Assembly (NCBI GenBank): GCA_964469335.1 | Contig: CAYXYK010000001.1 | Coordinates: 14,501 to 78,500 of the forward strand | DNA from: an uncultured Candidatus Saccharibacteria bacterium | GTDB taxonomy: Bacteria > Patescibacteriota > Minisyncoccia > Phycocordibacterales > UBA6899 | Direction of reading: 5' to 3' | DNA: 64,000 bases | Shown: positions 56,539 to 64,000 of the stretch, one piece after another | Layout of the letters: every line of letters starts with the position of its first letter | Position numbering within the stretch: the stretch's first letter is position 1 | The notes under the pieces: generated by a model | The model's input: the letters and a program-made list of their open reading frames with translations, nothing else | The model's database searches: none | What the model was told of the DNA's origin: nothing | Position numbers and translations under genes: made by a program

Positions 56539-57057
56539 GTGACAAAAAAGATCATTCGATTCATCACTCGACCCAGCGTTTCACTCCTGTTGATGCTTGT
56601 TCTTCTTTTACTGACGGCAGTATCGACACGGCTGCTTAGCGAGAACACACAAGAAAACAGGCGACTTGCATCGCTCGGGGTCGCACCGCTCGGTAGCGAA
56701 GTGTTCACTGACTCGATGTCACTTCGAGTCGAAAGTGTCCGAGAAGATAGCGTTGGTGCGCTCCCCTTCGTGCCACGCGACGGATTTACATTCATCATTC
56801 CGACACTGATTATCACCAACCTTTCATCAACTACTCGCGATCTTATCCCGACACTTGCACTCTATATCAAGGATCGCGATGGAAATGTCTACAACATGGC
56901 GGTCGCACCACTCAACACTGAGCAGTTTGGCGGACCGATACCTCCGCATGATAAAGTGAGACAAGAGATTGCATTCGAAGTGCGTAAAGATGCGAAAGGA
57001 CTTGTGATGTATTTTGAAGCAGGGGGTAAAGTGATGACGGAACGTCTCGAGAAATGA
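56539..57057 (+). CDS. DUF4352-like exported Ig-fold protein (hypothetical)
   Basis: N-terminal TM or signal helix, then a beta-sandwich-like region (…FTFIIPTLIITNLSSTTRDLIPT…KGLVMYFEAGG). Confidence 0.45.
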   Translation: MTKKIIRFITRPSVSLLLMLVLLLLTAVSTRLLSENTQENRRLASLGVAPLGSEVFTDSMSLRVESVREDSVGALPFVPRDGFTFIIPTLIITNLSSTTRDLIPTLALYIKDRDGNVYNMAVAPLNTEQFGGPIPPHDKVRQEIAFEVRKDAKGLVMYFEAGGKVMTERLEK

Positions 57058-57090
57058 TCGTTACAAAACAACCCCAAATAAACTAAATCT

Positions 57091-58482
57091 ATGAATTTTT
57101 ATTTTGAATTCCCTCGCTGGATCACCGAACCCCGAACAAGAGCAAAAACGTTCTGGTGGCTGATGTTCTGGCTTAACCTCGGGGTTATCATGTACATCTG
57201 GTGGAGCAGTTCTTCGCATTACTATATCGTCAACCCGGAGGGTGGAAACATGTATGTCGCACTCGGACGCCTGACCGGTCTGCTCATTCAGTACGCAATC
57301 GTCATCCAAGTACTGCTCATCGGACGAATCAGCTTCATCGAACAGGCATTTGGATTCGATAAGATGAATAAGCTGCACCGACTCATTGGTCAGTGGATTA
57401 TCGTTTTCCTCGTCGCTCACCCGCTCCTTCTTACCATCGGAAAAGCTGCTGGAAACGAGATCTCGATGTGGAACCAGTTCTCGGAATTCCTCGCCACATG
57501 GGAAGATGTCTTTCTCGCATTCATCGGGGCAAGCATCTTCATCTACGTCGCTTCGATCTCCTACGCCATCGTACGAAAGAAGCTCCGCTATGAACTTTGG
57601 TACTTTCTCCATCTTTTGACCTACCTTGCGATGGTGCTCGTATTCTTCCATGAGATCAACACAGGCGATCTGACCAAGTCCGCCGCATCAGAGACAAGCT
57701 TCATCCAGCATCCCTATCTCGCATATTGGTATGTACTCAATTTCTCCGTATTCGCTTTCGTTATCGTCTATAGATTCATGAAACCACTATGGAATTCACT
57801 CCGTTACGGATTCAAGGTCACCCATGTCGTTCTTGAGACCAAGGACACGTTTTCTGTCTACATCACTGGAAGGAATCTGGTTAACTTCAAATATAAGGCG
57901 GGGCAATATGCGAACATCACTTTCCTTCAGAAAGGACTATGGTTCACTCACCCGTTCTCTTTTTCTGCAGAGCATAACGACACCTATATCCGCTTCACCA
58001 TGAAAGCGCTTGGAGACTACACAAAAAGGCTCGGGGAACTCACCCCTGGAACACGAGTCATCCTTGACGGGCCACTTGGACTTTTTATCGAAGAAACTTC
58101 GCAGAACGACAAACTGCTCTTCATTGCAGGTGGTATCGGTATCACTCCCATTCGATCAATGATCGGTGACATCATGCGCAGGAAAAAGAACATCATTATG
58201 ATATATGCTGCCCGTACCGTGGACGATATTGCGTTTCGAAAAGAATTCGAACTCTTCCAAGCAAAGCAGCCTTTCCCGATCCACTACGTGCTTTCTACTC
58301 CGACTCCCGGTTACGAGAGTGGTTTCTTGGATAGAGAGAAGCTAGTGCGACTCGTTCCTGATTTCTTCGAGCGGGATGTATTTCTCTGTGGTCCTCCACC
58401 GATGATGGCGGCAACGGTCGAGAACCTGAAAGGACTGGGATTCAAGAATGTGAACCTCCACTATGAAATGTTCTCATTCTGA
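57091..58482 (+). CDS. ferric-reductase/NOX-family transmembrane flavocytochrome (FRD heme-TM domain + FAD-binding + NAD(P)H-binding)
   Basis: Six-TM ferric-reductase domain with paired His (HRLIGQWII…AHPLL; HLLTYL…FFHEI), FAD motif HPFSFS, NAD(P) motif GGIGITP, and a C-terminal CGPPPMM. Confidence 0.88.
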   Translation: MNFYFEFPRWITEPRTRAKTFWWLMFWLNLGVIMYIWWSSSSHYYIVNPEGGNMYVALGRLTGLLIQYAIVIQVLLIGRISFIEQAFGFDKMNKLHRLIGQWIIVFLVAHPLLLTIGKAAGNEISMWNQFSEFLATWEDVFLAFIGASIFIYVASISYAIVRKKLRYELWYFLHLLTYLAMVLVFFHEINTGDLTKSAASETSFIQHPYLAYWYVLNFSVFAFVIVYRFMKPLWNSLRYGFKVTHVVLETKDTFSVYITGRNLVNFKYKAGQYANITFLQKGLWFTHPFSFSAEHNDTYIRFTMKALGDYTKRLGELTPGTRVILDGPLGLFIEETSQNDKLLFIAGGIGITPIRSMIGDIMRRKKNIIMIYAARTVDDIAFRKEFELFQAKQPFPIHYVLSTPTPGYESGFLDREKLVRLVPDFFERDVFLCGPPPMMAATVENLKGLGFKNVNLHYEMFSF

Positions 58483-58525
58483 TGAAATCATAACGACTGA
58501 GTGATGCTCGGTCGTTATGATTTCA
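58483..58525. terminator. bidirectional terminator hairpin (15-bp perfect stem)
   Basis: tgaaatcataacgac…gtcgttatgatttca. Confidence 0.65.
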
Positions 58526-58528
58526 TAT

Positions 58529-58783
58529 TCAGGTTGGTCGCTCCAGATCTATACCAAGAAAGTCAGGTGAGAGTACGGGGGGCTCGATCTTTTTTTCTAT
58601 TTTTACCGCAGGGCTCTGAGACAACCCCTCGCGTTCCTCGTCGCTAAGAACTCCATCTTCGCCGGGCATATCAAGCAGCGGTGTGTCGGTTCTGCTCACC
58701 TCCTGATCCTTGAGAAAAAGGTTACCTACGAAAGGATTTCCAATTCCACCTACGTCGTTCTGTTCGTCAGTATTGTTGCTCAT
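58529..58783 (-). CDS. hypothetical small acidic protein
   Basis: 84-aa ORF with no motifs. Coding status uncertain. Confidence 0.3.
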   Translation of the reverse strand: MSNNTDEQNDVGGIGNPFVGNLFLKDQEVSRTDTPLLDMPGEDGVLSDEEREGLSQSPAVKIEKKIEPPVLSPDFLGIDLERPT

Positions 58784-58864
58784 GCTGTTTTATGTACTTT
58801 CAGTATAGCAAATCGCTGAAAAGACGATATTTCTCAAGGAAAGAACGGATGATATACTTCCCGT

Positions 58865-59527
58865 ATGGACCAAGAAGAACATGGACGATCGCTCGTCACC
58901 TGGGTCGTAGTAGTCGGCACACTGCTTGTCATAATAGCAGCGGCAAGCGGCTACGTGATCGCAAACCCAGAAAGCCTATATGAACTGTTCGGAGCCAAGG
59001 CTCCCGTAACCACACCAATAACGAATGTGAATGGCCCGGCACCCGTGGTGCACACACAACCCGCGCACACGAAACACTACTCAAGCATCTTTTTTGAATT
59101 CGATTATCCTGAGAATTTCTCGATCACAAGTGAGCTTATCAATGCAACGAGGACCGAAGATGGAAACTCTCGCGAGCTGTTTGGCAGTGCAGTGGTAATA
59201 CTCACCGCCACCGGAACCGACGGCACATATACCCTAAAGATCAACTCTGAAGTGAACTCGGAGCGCATCGGAGTGGAAGAGGCTTCAAGTAAGGCCAAAG
59301 AATCATTCGGAGCAAGACCCGACCGTGGGGCTAATGATTCATTTCAGAACATCACCGTAGTTGATCGACCTGGTTACAAATATTTCACTGAAGGAAAGAT
59401 CCATATTGGTATCCCGACAATGAACCTCAATTATGCTACGGAAATCACCTGGGACACTGTAAGCGGCACACGAGCGACAGCAAACGGCTACATCGGGACC
59501 CTTGAGGACAGCTTTACGGTAAAATAA
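58865..59527 (+). CDS. hypothetical membrane-anchored exported protein
   Basis: N-terminal TM helix (LVTWVVVVGTLLVIIAAASGYVIA) followed by a beta-rich domain. Confidence 0.5.
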   Translation: MDQEEHGRSLVTWVVVVGTLLVIIAAASGYVIANPESLYELFGAKAPVTTPITNVNGPAPVVHTQPAHTKHYSSIFFEFDYPENFSITSELINATRTEDGNSRELFGSAVVILTATGTDGTYTLKINSEVNSERIGVEEASSKAKESFGARPDRGANDSFQNITVVDRPGYKYFTEGKIHIGIPTMNLNYATEITWDTVSGTRATANGYIGTLEDSFTVK

Positions 59528-59533
59528 TCGCGA

Positions 59534-59569
59534 CAGAAAACAGGCGGCAGACCCGTCTGTTTTCTGTTG
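59534..59569. terminator. terminator hairpin
   Basis: acagaaaacag…ctgttttctgt. Confidence 0.55.
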
Positions 59570-60047
59570 TCATGGAGACTTATCAAATTATTGGTCGAGT
59601 TTCATTCTGCTCCTAAGGCGGATGCCCCTCTGGAGAAAGTTTAAGTAACCGACTCGATCGCAGCGACTCCGGACCACTTCGCTTTTCACTTCCCTTCCAG
59701 AGCATTGCGAGAAACCGTGTCTCCTTATAAATGAACCGAGTAAAATGTCCATAGCTCATAGCAGTATCTCCGGGAGTGCACCCGGGAAATGAACTGATAA
59801 TGGAGACGCACACGAACACCGCACGATCTTTCATGTTGCCGGAATATTGAGGTGGCAGCTTGTACCACCTCAGTCCGGCGACGGGATACCGATCCCGCCT
59901 TTTGGGTATCGCGTGACCTGCACGCAATGATTTTTCTCCGCTTTTTTTAAAAAACGATAACAAACTGCAACACATGAAAGAACATATTCGTTATCTGCGG
60001 TAATTATATTCCTGTCATATGAAGAGAGAATGAACTCACTGCCACTC

Positions 60048-61070
60048 TCAGCGCTTGCGAAAATGCACGAAAAATGTCGTTCCTTTCCCTATCTTGCTTT
60101 TCACTTCCACTTGCGCACGATGCATCGACGCGATCTCACGAACGATAGCGAGTCCGAGTCCGACACCTTCTTTTTTATCCAGCGTATTCGAAGCTTTGAA
60201 GAACGGCTCGAATACATGAGGGAGGTCATCAGCGGGAATGCCAAGCCCCGTGTCACGCACAGAAAGTAGCACTTCATCGAATGTATGTTTGATCGCAACC
60301 TCTACCAACCCATCTTTCGGTGTGTATGTGATGGCATTTTTTATGATATTGAGAATCATTTCCTCAAGTGCAGTGACGTTCCCGTACACGACGGCTGCCC
60401 CACGGTCGACAAGCCTGATGGTCACTCCTTTTTCCCCGGCACGCTTTTGCAGGATGTTGATCGCTTTCGAAGTTATCTGGGATAGATTGACCGCCGACAT
60501 TTGTACGTGATCAATTTTATGCTGTGCAGTGGAGAAATTCAGGAAGAACTGGATAATCTTCGACATCCGATCAACTTCCTCAATATTGCTTTTCAGTACT
60601 TCGATCGCTTCATCGCGGGTAAGGTCCTTACCTCGCAGAAGTGCCACTTCGGAACTGGTTTTCAGTACGGAAAGTGGGGTGCGCAGTTCATGTGAGACAT
60701 TTGCAATGAAGCGGCGCTGTTCTGTGTGCGCTTTTTTTGCCGGGCGAAGCGTGATCTCGGAAAGAAAGTACGCAATTCCTATGAACACAAGAAGTCCGAC
60801 GAGACGAATGATCCACGATACTCTCATCAACTGTGTGAACATCGTAAAATCACGAAGCCCATTCGTGTCGATTGGTCCGCTCATGAGTTCGGAAAAAGTG
60901 CTTCTTGTCGCGTAATCGACATATAATCCCGTCAGGACGAATGTCAAAGTACCGACGAAGATGTACAGAATGGTGATCCGTAGTTGAGCCGAAGCAAAAA
61001 GATCGGTAAGCAGCCTATGCTTTAAGCGTATAACCGATACCGCGAACCGTTTCCAGTAATTTTCGATCAT
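60048..61070 (-). CDS. sensor histidine kinase (HisKA + HATPase_c)
   Basis: Two TM helices, H-box ANVSHELRTPLSVL, N-box IIKNAITYTP, G-boxes DTGLGIP and GVGLGLAIV. Confidence 0.9.
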   Translation of the reverse strand: MIENYWKRFAVSVIRLKHRLLTDLFASAQLRITILYIFVGTLTFVLTGLYVDYATRSTFSELMSGPIDTNGLRDFTMFTQLMRVSWIIRLVGLLVFIGIAYFLSEITLRPAKKAHTEQRRFIANVSHELRTPLSVLKTSSEVALLRGKDLTRDEAIEVLKSNIEEVDRMSKIIQFFLNFSTAQHKIDHVQMSAVNLSQITSKAINILQKRAGEKGVTIRLVDRGAAVVYGNVTALEEMILNIIKNAITYTPKDGLVEVAIKHTFDEVLLSVRDTGLGIPADDLPHVFEPFFKASNTLDKKEGVGLGLAIVREIASMHRAQVEVKSKIGKGTTFFVHFRKR

Positions 61071-61689
61071 GTTTTTCGTCTATCTTCCTGCGTAGGTTTT
61101 TAATATGGACATCGATTACATTAGAAAGCGATGTGTCAGCGAAGTCCCAAATATGTGCGAAGATGTCCTCTCTCCCCATGACCTGATTGGGATGACGCAT
61201 CAGATATTGCAAGAGTTCAAATTCCTTGAGCGTCAGATCGATTTTCTCTTTTCCGCGATAGGCTTCTCTCGTAACGGGGTTGAGAGTAAGATCCCCTACC
61301 ACAAGTTCCTCAGGTAAAGTGACATGGGGCCGACGCAAGAGTGCATGCAGCCGAGCCACCAACTCATCGAATGAAAATGGCTTGACCAAGTAATCATCTG
61401 CACCACTATTGAGCGCCAGTACTTTATCTTCGATACTGTCTCGGGCAGTAAGAATGAGGATCGGGAGGGTTACCCCCGCCGTTCGCACATCGGCACACAC
61501 CTCAAAACCGTTCTTTATTGGGAGCATCAGGTCGAGGATCACGACATCGTAATCACCACGACAAGTGAGGATGCGAGTCTCTCCTTTCCCGCCATCAGTC
61601 AGATAATCCGCTGTGAACCCCTCCTGCTCAAGTCCCGCCTTGAGCCCGATTGCTAATTTCTCTTCGTCTTCAACTATAAGTACTTTCAT
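61015..61689 (-). CDS. OmpR/PhoB-family response regulator
   Basis: Receiver domain (MKVLIVEDE…ILDLMLP…LILTARD…KPF) and a winged-helix DNA-binding domain (…VIDVHIKNLRRKID…VRGIGYTL). Track ORF start moved to MKVLIVEDE. The 3' end overlaps the kinase ORF. Confidence 0.92.
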   Translation of the reverse strand: MKVLIVEDEEKLAIGLKAGLEQEGFTADYLTDGGKGETRILTCRGDYDVVILDLMLPIKNGFEVCADVRTAGVTLPILILTARDSIEDKVLALNSGADDYLVKPFSFDELVARLHALLRRPHVTLPEELVVGDLTLNPVTREAYRGKEKIDLTLKEFELLQYLMRHPNQVMGREDIFAHIWDFADTSLSNVIDVHIKNLRRKIDEKHDRKLLETVRGIGYTLKA

Positions 61690-61816
61690 ATGTGGTAATG
61701 GTAACAAAGGTAGCGTGAACTTTTCATGAAGGAACACTCATTTTTCGCTCAATTGTCCCAGTTTCTTCATTATAGAACTTCATGAAGGAACGGAAACCCA
61801 AAATAGCCCGTATTTC

Positions 61817-62413
61817 TCAATCATGAGTGCTAATACGGATATTTTCGATACGCAACCCAAGCGGTGACGCTTCAGGTAGTCTTTCGCGACGAGTTACGGT
61901 AAGTTGGTAAAAACCGAATACCCACGTAAACACAAGGGCAATGAGTTTATACAGTGTCCAATCGACAGGATGAAGGAAGTGCCGGGCAATCTCATTGCCG
62001 ATTACGAGAAGGTAAAAGAACACGGTCCAGCGAAGCGAGATTGTTTGCCATCCCTTTTCAGTGATTGCCATGAAATCACCGAAGAAAAACTTGAACGGGT
62101 ACCTTCCGATCAGCAGCCCGACAAAAAGTGCGGTCCCGAAACCGAAGTAATAAAGTGTATCTTTGATGATGATGAAGAACGGGTTATGCAGAAAAATCGA
62201 AAGGCCTGCAAAAAATAGGATGGTCCCTGACGCAAAAAGGCCGAATTTTGGTAACCTACGCTCAACAAGCGTCGAGAGCAGAAAAGTGATGATAGTGGCT
62301 ATGATAAGTACACGAAGCCCCATACGAAACCCTATCGTCTCTGAGGTAAATACGAATGCCGCTATAGGTAGGAATTCAGCCGTGAGGTTTGCAATAAGTT
62401 CTTTTCGGGTCAC
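61817..62413 (-). CDS. YciB/IspZ-like (intracellular septation protein A family) inner-membrane protein, tentative
   Basis: Five TM helices and about 198 aa. Collinear features: N-terminal L…FLPIAAFVF and …LRWTVFFYLLVIGNEIARHFL. Confidence 0.4.
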   Translation of the reverse strand: MTRKELIANLTAEFLPIAAFVFTSETIGFRMGLRVLIIATIITFLLSTLVERRLPKFGLFASGTILFFAGLSIFLHNPFFIIIKDTLYYFGFGTALFVGLLIGRYPFKFFFGDFMAITEKGWQTISLRWTVFFYLLVIGNEIARHFLHPVDWTLYKLIALVFTWVFGFYQLTVTRRERLPEASPLGLRIENIRISTHD

Positions 62414-62445
62414 CAGGAAAGCGTAACACGACGCACAACCACTGC

Positions 62446-62976
62446 CTAGGACTTTTCAATTCCTTTTAACCAATAGTATGCAACGACCTTTCGTGATGGT
62501 TCACCATCTTTTTTCATCCCAAATGTTGGATGATGTTTTTTGGGGATTCCTTTTGTTGGGTGGTTTGAGACTGCAGTATCCTTGTCGAGCCAGAATCCTA
62601 TATGTGCGTGTGGTCCGGTCGGATGAATTGCCGTCTCCCAAACGATGACTGCCCCGACTCGAGGCTTTTTAATCTTTTCCCATCCTGAAGACTCGAGCTT
62701 CTTTGTTAGCCCGGTGACTGTTGCGTGAATCCCACGGATATATCCGAAGCCGGAAAGTATGAAGCTTACGAAAAATGCACACGAAACACCCCCTCCATTC
62801 GCAATGTCCGTCATTTTTCTCCCCACCATTGCCCATTGATGGAGATAGGCATGCGAATCGACACTTCCCTCTATCATGGATATGTATGTATGGAAATTCC
62901 TTGCAGAAACCGACTTCATATTATGACAGTACTCGCTATTTAGGCATAACGCAAACCGAACGCATCTTGTAGCCAT
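62446..62976 (-). CDS. CHAP/NlpC-P60-like papain-fold cysteine peptidase domain protein
   Basis: Cys…His arrangement GGVSCAFFVSF … PRVGAVIVW … GPHAHIGFWLDKDTAVSNH. The true start may be an internal Met, which would remove the 41-nt overlap with the upstream gene. Confidence 0.5.
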   Translation of the reverse strand: MATRCVRFALCLNSEYCHNMKSVSARNFHTYISMIEGSVDSHAYLHQWAMVGRKMTDIANGGGVSCAFFVSFILSGFGYIRGIHATVTGLTKKLESSGWEKIKKPRVGAVIVWETAIHPTGPHAHIGFWLDKDTAVSNHPTKGIPKKHHPTFGMKKDGEPSRKVVAYYWLKGIEKS

Positions 62977-63475
62977 TCAGAAAATCCTTCTTCAAAAACT
63001 CTACTTTCCCCTCCTGTTCACTCTGTTTTTCAGGGTCTAGGATTAAGATCCGATCTTTCTCGATTCTATAGACAACAACAATATGCCCGCCTTTCTGTTC
63101 CGGGTCATAATTCTTCCACATAGAGACCAGAACGGGGCCTTTTGCGGTGTCTTCGGCGAGTATCGGAAACGAATCATCAGGAAGGATTTCTGGCCGCTCT
63201 TTCGGCAGATCCCTATTAAACGCGTCATATCCGAGCGATTTTGCTACTTCGACAAGCCCAACATGAGACCAGCCTACCCCTTCCCGGTATGCACCGAGTA
63301 GAATGGCGCTACGCAATAACTCCTCCATGGGAATAGTGCGATTTCGCTCATCATGCAGGTTCCAGTGATCAAGAACCATTTTGAGGGAAACAAGACCACA
63401 TCCTCGATATGCCCATTCTTCTCTAAGTGAGTGCTGGGAGATGAACGGGGGGCATGAGGCACCATTTTCTGTCAT
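62936..63475 (-). CDS. peptidase C39-like (papain-fold) domain protein
   Basis: REEWAYRGCGLVSLKMVLDHW (Q/CG…M motif) and GGHIVVVYRIEKD (His motif), in C39-like order. Confidence 0.55.
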   Translation of the reverse strand: MTENGASCPPFISQHSLREEWAYRGCGLVSLKMVLDHWNLHDERNRTIPMEELLRSAILLGAYREGVGWSHVGLVEVAKSLGYDAFNRDLPKERPEILPDDSFPILAEDTAKGPVLVSMWKNYDPEQKGGHIVVVYRIEKDRILILDPEKQSEQEGKVEFLKKDFLNGYKMRSVCVMPK

Positions 63476-63670
63476 GGGCCTATTTTATCTTTTTTTGGAA
63501 AGGAAAACACCATTGCCAGCGTGCAAGACAAGAAAAGCGACTCAGTGTCGCTTTTCTTGTTCGTCATTTATTTTGTTTAAGCAGCCTCCCGCAACCATCC
63601 CCAAAATGTGGGGCACATGCACAGAGAGAATCTCAAGTGTTGGTGAAATACCCCTGTTCGTTCGTTACAA

Positions 63671-63988
63671 CTACCTTATCGTTGAAGTGGTCGCAGTCAT
63701 CATCGTTGGGGTGTTCCCTACGGTACGCTGCATCATGATCACCCTTTCTCCGCCCGAACCATAATAGCCGTAATTTATCCCCCCCATTTTCCCTTCTGAA
63801 TCCCATCCGCCGTGCAGCATCATGTGATGGTGAGAATAGCCATGTCGTCCGTACTCGCCCCTTCCGTGGTGGCCGCCAGCGCACATGCCTGCAGCGAACA
63901 CTACGGCAAGCACCACAACCATGACAAAACAGCGCAGCATGCAGCAGCGCTTAAAACAATAACGATGCGTGCTGCCGGAGCAGGTCAT
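63671..63988 (-). CDS. small His/Gly/Met-rich exported peptide (possible metal-binding)
   Basis: Hydrophobic N-terminal segment, then GGHHGRGEYGRHGYSHHHMMLHGGWDSEGKMGGINYGYYGSGG. Lies at the window edge. Confidence 0.35.
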   Translation of the reverse strand: MTCSGSTHRYCFKRCCMLRCFVMVVVLAVVFAAGMCAGGHHGRGEYGRHGYSHHHMMLHGGWDSEGKMGGINYGYYGSGGERVIMMQRTVGNTPTMMTATTSTIR

Positions 63989-64000
63989 TCCCGCGTGACG

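Noticed and set aside
59613-59975. 120-aa minus-strand ORF in the 0.5-kb gap before the histidine kinase.
   Set aside because: Its translation is low-complexity and motif-free (MCCSLLSFFKKSGEKSLRAGHAIPKRRDRY…). The DNA is GC-rich and hairpin-dense. It is treated as non-coding and reported as a candidate RNA or unexplained region instead.
59575-60047. Possibility that this gap encodes RNase P RNA, tmRNA or SRP RNA.
   Set aside because: I could not find the universal P4 sequence GGAAAGUCCGGGCUCC or ACAGAAnCCGGCUUA, the tmRNA tRNA-like 3' end (GGUUCGAnUCC…CCA), or the SRP domain IV GGUCCGGAAGGAAGCAGC motif. Only partial, unconvincing resemblances were seen (GACUCCGGACC, GUGGUCCGGAGUCGCUGCG).

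Overview
This 64-kb window reads as a compact bacterial chromosome region of roughly 50% GC with tightly packed, often overlapping genes and very few Shine-Dalgarno motifs (overall character resembles a reduced-genome, possibly Patescibacteria-like lineage; guess only). I found no rRNA, tRNA, CRISPR array, transposase or integrase.

Features fall into three groups:
- **Housekeeping core:** ftsK (5'-truncated by the window edge), recA, efp, rpsF-ssb-rpsR, tatD-metG, glyQS, recO, ileS, argS, rplK-nusG-secE (secE is only 58 aa and absent from the ORF track), glmS, a murD-like Mur ligase and mscL.
- **Envelope and transport:** an ECF sigma factor followed by a MacA/MacB/FtsX-type efflux operon, an OmpR-type two-component pair, and several large secreted or surface proteins built from Ig-like repeats.
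- **Rho-independent terminators:** many strong bidirectional hairpins of the form A-run, GC stem, T-run separate the operons.

The observations most worth a second look are:
1. A complete histidine-phosphatase (PGAM-like) domain of about 200 aa is inserted into the catalytic core of isoleucyl-tRNA synthetase.
2. A GC-elevated block carrying a long-form dCTP deaminase plus two tandem UPF0200-like P-loop kinases (one with a degenerate Walker A) sits where rplA would be expected after rplK.
3. A cluster encodes a putative extracytoplasmic electron-transfer chain: a MAPR-type cytochrome b5 protein, a secreted FN3 / poly-Pro stalk / cytochrome b5 (HPGG) protein, and a NOX/ferric-reductase flavocytochrome, next to FAD- and NAD-dependent 2-hydroxyacid dehydrogenases.
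4. A peptidoglycan pseudoenzyme fuses an L,D-transpeptidase-like domain to an S11 carboxypeptidase-like domain, both apparently with substituted catalytic residues.
5. A 0.5-kb GC-rich, hairpin-dense non-coding gap lies between convergent genes and I could not assign it.
6. An adjacent pair of papain-fold peptidase-like genes (C39-like and CHAP-like) sits next to a His/Gly-rich peptide gene.

All calls rest on reading motifs in the translated ORFs and the DNA by eye. No database searches were run.
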